A stretch of DNA of 64,000 bases from Tubiluchus corallicola. Its lineage: Eukaryota; Animalia; Priapulida. Below, in pieces: positions 53,901 to 64,000 of the stretch. The translations under genes and the position numbers were made by a program. The stretch covers positions 1 to 64,000 of the forward strand of contig JAQGDQ010000139.1 in the NCBI GenBank assembly GCA_030141605.1, in the 5' to 3' direction. The notes beneath the pieces were generated by a model, which did not search any database, had not been told where the DNA came from, and worked only from the letters and a program-made list of their open reading frames with translations. Position 1 is the stretch's first letter. Every line of letters begins with the position of its first letter.

Positions 53901-56900
53901 TAAAAAAGCTTAAAAAATTTGTCTTGAAACTTTTTATAACTTACATGCTATCTTATTGGGTACAGGGCTTGAGTTAGCAGTAACATTGTATAAAATTTGT
54001 AAATTCAAACTCCTGTGATGACTATTAGGCACTGCAATTTTAATGGTAAGTCATTTAAACATGTGTAGATAACATTGACTAAAGTTTGAAAAAATAATCA
54101 GAGCATCGGTAACACACACTTCACAATCTATGTAAAGGCTTTTATTTTATATTGTCAGTAAGATCACTAGTGATTTTTCGTGAATCAGTGATGCATACTG
54201 GGAAGGCAATGCATACCTTTTTACCAGGTGGGAGGAATATTATTAAGGATTCCCTTTTCATGTTACATAAGTCTTTCAAACAGATATGTGTAATGCTAAC
54301 TAATTAAACTTTGTTCCTGAAAGTTCTTTGGAATATACTTTAAAATTCCCCTTTCTTCCGCTTTAAGTAACATATATATGAACAAAAATTACTGCTCAAA
54401 ATTGTGCAAAATGCAGAGAAAAAGAAAAAAACGGTGAATAACCAGTCTTGAACTGGTCTTTTTATTGTTTGTTCTTGTAACTCATTAAAATAATTAGTAA
54501 TAATTTTGCTCTACATATTTAACACCATGTAAGAGTTGACATTTACATTTATATTTGACATACAATTTAATTTACTATTTGCAGTTGTGCAGATTTCCAG
54601 TTATGCAAAGTTAAGATAGGTAATATGACTGCATATGCTGCTGAACTATAGAATTTAATTTACTATTTGCAGTTATGCAGATTTCCAGTTATGCAAAGTT
54701 AAGATAGGTAATATGACTGCATATGCTGCTGAACTATGACTAGGGATGTGTTATTTCAAAAATTTTAGTGTAGCAACACTGCACTGTGCTTAAAATATGT
54801 GGAAGATTGTTAAAATAGTAGTGTATAAAAATTTTTGTCATCCAACCCCCGGAATCCTGTGTACGTGCTTCCTGAAAGAACCCCTAAATTCACCACAAAA
54901 TCACTTTTTTGGCAATATAATCGACAGAAAATGCATTTTGATGACTTTGATGTGTTCTAATTATGGGTTTGTTGGGGTTTCTAAGTTTAAATGTGACATC
55001 TTAAAGAACCCTCCAATATTGCGGCCAAAAGGGCCACTTTTGCATATTTTGATCAAACATATGCTTGTAATATGTCATCCTATAGGTTTTCCAGATCGTA
55101 GAATTCAAATTCATTGTTATTTTTTATAAAAAAATCAAGCAGTCACATCACATTGTATCAAATATATACAATATAACTATAAAATTTTTATTGCTATAAA
55201 AGCATTTAGTTTCACATATTCCAGACAACACAACAATCAATTCTTAGGTGGGCTCACATCAAATACAGAGTTTAAATCGCTCATAGTAACATCAGCTTTA
55301 CAACTCGATGTTGCTCACATATGCCTTTAGATTTACCCCATAAATATAAGATGGCAACTTTTTGCAATCTTTAAACAATCGGAAAATGTCACTGTTTGGG
55401 ACAGTAAATGTGGTATCTCGAGTATGTCTCATCTAAGTCTTCGCACATGGTCAAGCATCTCATCAACATCTGTCTCAATCATAAATGGACCACCTTGTTT
55501 TTTTAGTTCATTCAAATCGATGTCAAGAGCTAAATCTCTTTATCTGTGAAACCCTGCTGTTCGTTCTATGCTTTAATTATGGCAGTAATTTTGTGCTTTG
55601 TGGTTTTACTATATTCCCAAAATGAACTTGATGATTGTGAGTCAGTCAAGTCATGCGATTTTGCCTTCACATGCACCATCGATGTACATGACAAATTCTT
55701 AGTGCCTTGCTGCTTGAGTTCGTAATAAATGAAACAACTACAGTGTTGCACGTTCCAAATCCAGTTTGTGTATTGGTGCACTTTAAATTTTCATAAAGTC
55801 CATTTTTCGATAGAGCGATATCAGATTCGTAATTTGAGTTTCCAAATCCAAATATTAATCAGTTTTTCGAACAAACTTTTTGTGTTCACCCACTTGCCAC
55901 CGATAATAAGTTCAAAACGACAAATTCTAATTCAGCTAGATCTTCATGAGTTTTCTTTGCAATTGAGTAGCATTGGTACTGGTCAAAATAGTCCATTTAT
56001 CATAACACCCTGAATAGATGAAGATCTGGCATCTTGCTTTTTTATCCATCGTGAGCATATGTAACCACAGATTTTTCATCACTGTCCATTATCATCTTAA
56101 CTATTTCATGGATCGCAAGAACTTCCAAACTTTTTCCTGCTTGTTTTACGTTCCCTTTATCTGGTAACATATCGAAGTCAATGTCACTGGGAGACGTTTC
56201 GTGAAGTTTCCAATTTCGTCTGAATACCTTGTTGGCAATAGTTAATATGGCTGCAACTACCTGCGTTTCAGACATATGGTTTGCACTTTTCAGTCTGTCC
56301 TTCACTTCGTATATTTCTGGACGTACTCTATGTTCACTTATTTGAATGTGCTGATAATGCAAGGACATCTGTTTCGCCACTTGTACCACGACCAAAACTG
56401 AGTTTTTGTTTCATTCTACTAGGTTCTGCAACATCATCAGACTCACTTAATTCATATTCACTTGGAATATCTTCAGTTGATTGCCGGAGGAAAATGATTT
56501 TGCTGTCTCTTCCATACTTCCCATCTCTAGGTCAGTCACTCATCGTGATCTATCGATACTTTACATGCCCTGCCTTCTCCTTTCCATAGTTTTGCGCATT
56601 TTACGTCTACATATATTTTACAATACATAATCCTTGGTCCTCTCTGATCCTCAAGAAATTCCTCTTGTGTCTCCATCATTTTTACACATTGAAAGGTTTC
56701 TAGTCTTCACGACAAATGTCGAAAAGTTTGGAACTGCATTTACTGAAAGCTTCTACTGACTGGATGTACCATTGATACCATGGAAGTACCAGTTTCTTCA
56801 TGAGCAGGTTTCTTCAGTATGCAGGTGCAGAATTTTCGATTTGATATTTTTCCGAATCACATGATACATATTGCAAAATATCCAATGGTCCATTACAACA

Positions 56901-59900
56901 TCACTCACTATGGAGGCTGCCTTCTCTTTAGTTCTAATATTTTTTCATGTACGATCCAGTTTTAATATGTACATCATGTTTCCTATAATGTTCTTGTTTG
57001 TTGGTAGTACACCGTTTTGAAAGTCTGCTTGCTCCAAGTAGGTTTGTTTACCCAAATCCTTTGCATGGAAGATCTCGTCATTATTTTTGATGCACACGTA
57101 GTTAAGTTCAATGGTATTCAAAAATCTGAAACAACAGAATTGTCCACAAGGTTAAAAGCTTATAAACATTTCACTAATGAGAAGGGATAGTTTGGTCATC
57201 ATCACAAAATCCACAGATAGCTATCCATATAGTGCCGTAACAATGATCATACTTAACAATGACAATGAAATCTGTAAAAATAAAAGATAAACTGAAATCC
57301 GTAACAACAAAAAATAATGATTTAGCAATCCAAATGCAAATAACTTCAATTTCAACACCAAATTTAAAATTCTACGACCTCGAAAGCCTATAATTTGACA
57401 TATTACAACACAAATTTGGATCAAAATGCAAAAAATATTTTTGGGGTCATTTTGGGCACCATTTTGGTGAATTGGATTTCCGCTATATTGAATTTTCGGG
57501 GGTCCTTTCTGATCTCATATTTGAACTCGCAGACTCCAAAAACGTATACGAAGACCCCTCAAAGTCATCAAAACGCATTTTCTGTCGATGATATTGCTAA
57601 AAAAGTGATTTTTTGGTGAGTGTTGGGTACCCGACTTTCAGTACGCAATGGGCATGTACATGGAGGTATGTCTGATGAAAAATTTTTTTAGGTATCCGGG
57701 AGTTTGAGAGCCCTCCACATATTCTAAGCACCATGCAGCAAGAATTCAAATCACCTGCCTTTACGGTGTTTTTAAGATGAACCTAGTAGAACCGGTGAAT
57801 ATACAATAATTTGTTCACATTATACTATTACGGGGGCAAAATGCTACTTATTGCCCTCCCCCCCTCTACATTGTGAAGGTCTCGTCAGTATGAAGCCATT
57901 GCATGGTTGAATACCAGGTATAAAACCGTCGCTATGCATTGGCCTCGTTGATTCAGTAGGTAAACGAACAGGGGTTCTTGCTACCACACCACCTGTTCTG
58001 TAGGCACAGCCAGCATGAAGTTCACAGGACAAGTTTACTGGCAAGTTTACTTCAACAAATCTCTGTCTGAGTTTATAAATATTGCATCATCTTGGCAGTG
58101 AACCCAGACTACTTGGGGCGTCCGAAATACGAGCGAACGAAACGCCCAAGGGAGCCACCAATCAAACCCCTGTCAGCGAGGACGCAGCATTATTACAATA
58201 CAGTGATTGCAAACAGTGTTATATATTTTTACTTGTATTAATAAAGAGGTCTATGTTGATTTTGACATAGAGGTCTTGACATAGTGTTAAGCGTTTATTA
58301 TTTTTCACCCAAGTGTAAGGTAACCCACCTCAATTCGAAACGAATTGTCGGTGCTATTATAACAACCGTGTTCCTAACAGATTTTTCAAGCCCTGAATAA
58401 CTCTAACTCAGTAGTGTAGTGGTTTGCATAGCTGCCCGAAAAGCAGAAGCTCGGGTTTGAGTCTCAGTTGAGGTGCAAAAATTTTTCAGACTTTCTATTC
58501 TAAGGCACTATTGCCTTCGTGTATTTATTGGTTTGCCCAGTCAGCCTAGCTCATTTTTTGTTAGCATGTGAACAAATAGCTACAAATTGTTTTCATTCTG
58601 TTCTGATAATATTAGAAATATCACCATTGCTTTCTTTGACTCAAAAATGTAGGAATATTCCCGCAGTTTAGCCTTCTTTAGGCACTTTTCAGAGGCATAG
58701 TAAAGTAAAATTCCCAATTTTTGTCATTGGCTCACAGTTTTTTTTGCAATTTTGAAAGTTTTCCACCAACTTGTGAGCTGTATACTTTTAGAATGTTAAT
58801 CAACTTGTTGTTCATGTGATAGCCACCCTTAAGCAGTCGCACCATGACTAATTAAAAAATAATTGTCTTTAAATATTGCCTATTACTTCTTTGTGTAATA
58901 ATTAAATTTTACCTTCAGTTGATGACAGGTTTAGAATGTGGTCACAGATTTTGCTCTGCATGCTGGGCAGAGTACCTCACAACCAAAATCATGGAAGAGG
59001 GCATGGGTCAAGTAAGTGCAGTAACTTAAGTGCAGTATATAGTTAATATCTAAAAATTCTATTTTTGTTTTAATAATTTATATATTGTGCAGTTAATGGT
59101 TTTTAGGCATAAATCTGCGACTTGATATAACATTAAGTGGCAGAAAGGAACACTGTTGTGCAAAATCAATAAAAAAATCATGTACAAACCGTATCCAAAT
59201 CATTTTTAGTCAAAATAAAACCAAGGAGGTAAGCCTTCCAGAAACAATGCAGATCTACAAACGAAGGTAAGCAGAAACTGAATAAAAGCTACGCAAAAAT
59301 TGGAATGCAATAAAGTTCTTATTTTATAAAATACTAACCGAATCTGCCGAAATAAATATTATTTTGGATGCATATTGGCTATTATATTAGAAGGGCACTG
59401 ACCTAAATTGACATTAGCCTAAACCTGGAACCATGTTGGTGTTGGTTCTTATGCTTATTTACTGTGTAAAATGTATAGTAATATGTCCTAAAAGTGCTAT
59501 TTTGCGTGCCATTATGGCCACTATATTAGGGGTTGACCTAAACTAAGTCTTTAAAACCTTTCTGGGGTCACACTGGTTCTCATAGTAGAGCACTTCGGAG
59601 GGCATAAATGACAAACAAACAATTTCCTTCTTTTTGTGTAGATGATTCGACTTTGTTTTTATTATTCATTTGTTTTGACATCACTTTGCATTGATTGATA
59701 ATTTGCACATTATGATGACTATGACATAATTCCTATCCTTTTTGAATGTGTGTATGTGTGTAAAAATTGTTGATGAATATTGCTACAATAGGCGCCACTT
59801 AACAGGCTGACGGTTAATAGACTCAATCTCTTAATTGACTCAAAAACGTCTCGAAAATGTTTCTATTCAAATGTACATAAAAAATGTCTGTAATTGACTC

Positions 59901-62900
59901 AAATAACTCCACATAATTGACTCAATGTTTTTCATTCAATTATTTAAAATAAGACACTTGCCCAAAGAGCCTTTCCTACTTTTATGTCATCTTTACTTCA
60001 CTTTTGTGCACTATAATATATGTAGAAACAATCATGTTAAATGCCATTTTGTTTGTAAGCAGGTACGTTTATCATGCGCTAATACACTAATGTAGCGGTT
60101 TTGCTTTGAATCTGTTACCCGCTCGTCCACTGCAATTAAGCTCGTTAGCCAAGAATTTCTGGAAGCTAAACATTTAATCACTTGTCTAGCAGTTTCTTTT
60201 TGAAGCTCTCGTTGCAAATCATGCTTTCAGGCTTAATGAGTTAAGAAGTTTGAAAAATGGAGCACACATGTAAAGACCTAACAGTTAAGGAGAAACTGAA
60301 AATTTTAGAGTAATTTGATAAACGTTCAAAGATAGGGTAGAGGTTTGCAGCAGTGCAGTTGGAAATTTTCTAAAGTACTCTCGGTAGAATTTTGATAAAA
60401 TGTTCTCAAATTGAGCATTCTGCAAGCCAAAATGAGAATCTAGCACTTAAGAGGAAAACACTATGAAGTGGAGTCAGCGTTAAAACTGTGGTTTACACAC
60501 GCAAGAGACTAACGCTAATTCACTTATATGAATTAATATTTTAAAATATTTTTAAATTTTTAACTGCAGAAAGGAATTTAGGCATTACTTCGTTTTGAAA
60601 ATTCATTAAAAACCTTTGCAGTTGACTCATACTTCAGTATCTACACACATCGGTTAATAGGTTCAGTCGCTTTATTGGGCCAAACACTTTGGTCCCAAAG
60701 TGAGTCTATTAAGTGGCACCTACTGGTGGGCAGGAATTCATGGGCAGTACCCAACCCAATGTGGTGTTTACATTCATCTGTTTTGAATACTATTATTATT
60801 GCTTTTTTGTGAACTTTTAACATGTAATGTTACTTCTCCCTAATAATATTTGAAAATGCAATTTCTATCAATGTATTTTTAGACAATAGAGTGCGCTGCT
60901 CATGGTTGTGACATTTTAGTAGATGATGCATCGGTAATGTAAGTATGTTAGTGGGAAAAAGGTGTTTAGCTTTGTTAGCTTTTAGATATTGCTTGCTCCT
61001 CAAGCATAATATTTGGGATTTCAATTTCACACTAGAATTTGCCCGTTCATTTTTTCTAGTTCTGTGTTGTATTTGTTCTATTAAAATATAGACTTCTTAA
61101 AATTCAAATGCTCCATATTCATTTACCTGCTGTATAGTGCCATTTCTGCAGGGTTTTGTGAAGGATATTATATATAATATATATTCCTAGTTTTTGGAAA
61201 AGTCTGACACAAGGTAAACAAAATTAAGGTCATGTAGACTAGGTTGCATTTGTGAACTTCTAAGGCTAGACATACGACGACTGCCAATTATTGTCACTTT
61301 TGTTGATATTGTTATAATTTCCTCTTTGAATACTGTTCAATAATTGGGTATTAAAATTGGTACAGCCTGACTGAAATTTTGTGTGTCTTCAAGTAGTTTT
61401 TTTTTATTCATTTTGTAGGCGATTAGTTACTGATCCCAAGGTTAGATTGAAATACCAGCATTTAATTACCAATAGCTTTGTTGAGGTAACATTTTCTATT
61501 TATTGCTAGAATTCAATAAATGCTGTTTTATAAATTGTGATAGGTTTTGAAAATTCATGAATGGTGTTGTGTATCCGTAATAAAAGTAAGAAGGTATGTA
61601 ATCAGAACAAGGTTTATGAGTATTATTGACATTCTTGGAAACCACAGCTTCCTTCATCAGATTAGCTAAATTGTTGTTAAAACAAATAAATATTGTTGTG
61701 ATAAACGACCTCTTTACTTTTCTGAAAAATTTAGTTTAATATAGCATTTGTGACTGAGTTCCTAATGTTAACAATTTCATAACGCATTTTGCAAAACTAA
61801 AAATCCAATGCAAGATTAAATCATTGAAGCCTGTGAAATCTAAAAATGTTCAGTTTTTAACGAGATAAGAATATTGGTTTGAACGTAAGCAGCTTTGTTG
61901 ATTTTGTTTTCTTGTATAGAATTTAAAATTCTTCATGGAGCAAAATTTGTATTTGTATCGATTTTTATATCGTTTTTTTGGAAAAAGAGAAATTTATGAA
62001 CAGGTAAGTGAAATCCAAGAGAATACCTCAAAACACAAATAAACATACACACACATAGCAAGCAACACAAAACATACGACGACGAAAGAAAAGGCTGTGT
62101 GACCTCGGCCATGTCCGTCATCTGAGTGTCATCTGCTCATTAACGTCCAGGTGTTCAAAACTAAACTACCACCATTTCTTACACAAGGACAATAACTTCT
62201 CACCTATATTCCTGAATGCCTATATTGCGTATTCAAGCCACAGCCCATCTACCCATTCTAAATTTGGAAAATTAATATGAGAAGTGATGTGCACAATATT
62301 CCAAAACATTATTAATATACAAAACACAGAGAGGGTCTGTGATTCTACATTTTTGCATCTTATCTGCAAGAGTATGTATTTAGCAATTTTCTTTTTAATA
62401 TTTCTAAATTCTCACTAAATAAGTAAACTTTTAAAACTGCAGTTCATTTGGTAAGAAATAAATTAAAAAATAATAATTGTTGCAGATTCACTCAAACATT
62501 AATTGATAATCTTATATTTAAAATCATATACAATTAATGATTTAAATGTTTGTTTGCAGTGTAATAGATTAATGCGCTGGTGTCCGGCACCTGAGTGTAA
62601 TAATGCCGTCAAGGCTAATTATCCAGATGCAAGACCAGTTAGCTGCACTTGTGGTTTGACATTTTGGTATGTAGTGTTTGAAGCGGTGTTATTACAAAAC
62701 TGCTGGTTTACCTTGCTTGGCGCTGTTATTACATTTGAATATTTTGCTATTTAGCATATAGACATCTGATAAAATGCACATGTTTTGATTTTCTTAAGTG
62801 TTTTATAGAGAAAAAATATTCATTTTAGTAGAGCACCAATGTGTAAAGACATCTGTTTTCATTTCTAAGTTTATTTTCCGTGTCATGTCAATTGCTGCTA

Positions 62901-63908
62901 TGTAAATGTCATTTTGTTACAGTTTTGCTTGTGGTAACTCATGGCATGACCCAGTCAAATGCAGGTTGCTAAAAAAATGGTGCAAAAAATGTGATGATGA
63001 TAGCGAAACATCAAACTGGATAGCAGCCAATACAAAGGTACAATTTTACTTATTTGCAGTTTGGGTTAATTAAAATTTTAACAGTTATTTGTATGCATGT
63101 GTATGTCTGTGGGTGTGAGTGTGCATGTATATGCGTGGGTAATAGTTTCATAAGCAGTGTATGTCAAATTGAACACAAGGTGTAATTCACTTTCTCACAT
63201 CTTACATGTACACTAAACCTCCTACTTAGAATCCAGGCACAATTAAAAAAGTTATTCATTTACAGAGTGCATAATTGGATTTGTACTTGTTTAATGCAGC
63301 TGGGTTAATTATTATTTAATTTTAGGAGTGCCCAAAGTGCAATGTGACAATAGAAAAAGATGGAGGCTGCAACCATATGGTTTGCAAGAACCAGAATTGT
63401 AAAGCTGATTTCTGCTGGGTGTGCCTAGGACCGTGGGAGCCCCATGGCTCCTCTTGGTGAGGTTTTCTCATATTAGAATGTAAAATTTAGATACTTCACA
63501 ACAAATGAGAATTGTAATATACTGAAATGACTGGATACAGCAACTGATGTCTGACTGAACACAGTATTTTGAACCAGGAAAATACAACAGGATAATTTTT
63601 GCATCTTAAATGATAACAGTTAAATTCTTGCCCCCATTTAATTTTTGAATGAGGGAATTTTAGAATAATATAGTAAAAGATTTTATCATATAATGAAGTC
63701 ATCTTAGTATGAGATGCACACATTTCCTTTTTTACTGATAATTGATTGCCTATTTATTGTATGCAGGTATAATTGCAATCGTTATGATGAAGATGATGCA
63801 AAATTAGCAAGAGATGCACAAGAGAAATCTAGGGCTGCGCTACAGAGGTACCTCTTCTATTGCAACCGCTACATGAACCATATGCAAAGTTTACGATTCG
63901 AACATAAG
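44597..63908 (+). CDS. ARIH1: E3 ubiquitin-protein ligase ariadne-1 (RBR family), 11 coding exons in the window, continues past the end
   Basis: Exons 44597-44809, 48811-48878, 49419-49503, 52419-52493, 58919-59011, 60883-60938, 61419-61485, 62560-62666, 62923-63037, 63326-63456, 63767-63908, all GT-AG and in phase. Acidic N-terminus, [21 protein letters not shown]1 [24 protein letters not shown]2 [15 protein letters not shown], Ariadne domain [26 protein letters not shown]. Confidence 0.96.
45700..47690 (+). mobile_element. Decayed CR1/L2-like LINE ORF2 spanning EN to post-RT, in ARIH1 intron 1
   Basis: [65 protein letters not shown] and [10 protein letters not shown] occur in order with stops and frameshifts. 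Confidence 0.9.
47887..48018. repeat. Compound microsatellite (TG)n-(TGCG)n-(GGCG)n
   Basis: Seen directly in the sequence. Confidence 0.95.
48020..48760 (+). mobile_element. pogo/Tigger-like non-autonomous copy
   Basis: Shares aactctgcataattgactcaat, ttttgtgcactataat, ttttgtttgtaagcagg with 50622-51420 and 59786-60725. Confidence 0.65.
48811..48878 (+). CDS. ARIH1: ARIH1 exon 2
   Basis: ttttgtag|[22 protein letters not shown] ag|gtgcg. Confidence 0.95.
49419..49503 (+). CDS. ARIH1: ARIH1 exon 3
   Basis: ttttcaag|(R)[28 protein letters not shown]|gtaggc. Confidence 0.92.
50622..51420 (+). mobile_element. pogo/Tigger-like non-autonomous copy
   Basis: Begins ta|cagtaggcaccgctgaatagactca, the same terminus as 42166 and 59786; internal identity to the other copies. 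Right boundary approximate. Confidence 0.7.
52271..52327. repeat. (TATG)n microsatellite
   Basis: Uninterrupted TATG run about 90 bp upstream of ARIH1 exon 4. Confidence 0.95.
52419..52493 (+). CDS. ARIH1: ARIH1 exon 4
   Basis: tgtttcag|[25 protein letters not shown]|gtatgt. Confidence 0.9.
54563..54737. repeat. Near-perfect tandem duplication of about 87 bp
   Basis: aatttaatttactatttgcagtt(g/a)tgcagatttccagttatgcaaagttaagataggtaatatgactgcatatgctgctgaactat occurs twice. Confidence 0.9.
54782..57735 (-). mobile_element. Decayed DNA transposon with long imperfect TIRs and a transposase pseudogene
   Basis: 54782-55111 is the imperfect reverse complement of 57361-57735. Minus-strand remnant motifs [48 protein letters not shown]. 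Confidence 0.8.
58405..58474 (+). repeat. tRNA-derived SINE head / pseudo-tRNA
   Basis: A-box-like tagtgtagtgg, stem-loop ctgc-ccgaaaa-gcag, B-box-like ggtttgagtct; acceptor and T stems are imperfect. Confidence 0.45.
58919..59011 (+). CDS. ARIH1: ARIH1 exon 5 (RING1)
   Basis: ccttcag|[31 protein letters not shown]|gtaagt. Confidence 0.95.
59786..60725 (+). mobile_element. pogo/Tigger-like element with TIRs and a decayed CENP-B-type HTH
   Basis: Left ta|caataggcgccacttaa and right tgagtctattaagtggcacctactg (rc cagtaggtgccacttaatagactca); internal [21 protein letters not shown]...[15 protein letters not shown]. Confidence 0.8.
60883..60938 (+). CDS. ARIH1: ARIH1 exon 6
   Basis: tttttag|[18 protein letters not shown] at|gtaagt. 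Confidence 0.93.
61419..61485 (+). CDS. ARIH1: ARIH1 exon 7
   Basis: ttttgtag|(M)[22 protein letters not shown]|gtaac. Confidence 0.95.
62560..62666 (+). CDS. ARIH1: ARIH1 exon 8 (IBR)
   Basis: tttgcag|[35 protein letters not shown] tg|gtatgt. Confidence 0.95.
62923..63037 (+). CDS. ARIH1: ARIH1 exon 9
   Basis: gttacag|(C)[38 protein letters not shown]|gtacaa. Confidence 0.95.
63326..63456 (+). CDS. ARIH1: ARIH1 exon 10 (RING2, catalytic Cys)
   Basis: ttttag|[43 protein letters not shown] tg|gtgagg. Confidence 0.96.
63767..63908 (+). CDS. ARIH1: ARIH1 exon 11 (start of the Ariadne domain)
   Basis: atgcag|(W)[47 protein letters not shown]|gtacgt. Confidence 0.95.
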
Positions 63909-64000
63909 GTACGTGGTAAACGGCTTTTTTGTTAAAAAATTCTGAAACTTTTGACAACAGTGAGAGCGCATTTAAGTTTTTACATCCAAGGCCATTAGAG

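Larger units (their letters stand above)
53281..58395. mobile_element. hAT-like non-autonomous element (CAGGG TIRs) hosting a nested transposon
   Basis: Left cagggctcgaaaaatcggtt and right aacagatttttcaagccctg (rc cagggcttgaaaaatctgtt), 18/20 identical. TSD not preserved. Confidence 0.6.

Noticed and set aside
58405-58474. Functional tRNA gene
   Set aside because: T-loop reads gtttgag rather than gttcga and the stems are mismatched; kept only as a SINE-like relic.

Overview
AT-rich, intron-containing eukaryotic (metazoan, probably invertebrate/arthropod) genomic DNA, not prokaryotic. Three conserved genes are recognisable. (1) Exonuclease 1 (EXO1), whose whole CDS is one exon (10152-12143, +). 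(2) A complete 9-exon UBL7 (UBL-UBA) gene on the minus strand (44251->22715, about 340 aa, one GC-AG intron). (3) The first 11 coding exons of the RBR E3 ligase ariadne-1 (ARIH1, 44597->beyond the window end, +), head-to-head with UBL7 with only 345 bp between start codons. Two further coding units not captured by the ORF track are proposed: a 2-exon, 101-aa single-pass membrane microprotein gene (18477-19995, +) and the terminal exon of an unknown gene (645-977, +). Introns and intergenic DNA are full of decayed mobile elements (CR1/L2-like LINEs, a BEL/Pao fragment, a Buster-type hAT with TSD, pogo/Tigger-like copies, a Sola-like fragment, and a nested long-TIR element with CAC ends), plus mini- and microsatellites. 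Exon coordinates were derived by hand from splice signals, phase continuity and remembered homology; no database search was run.
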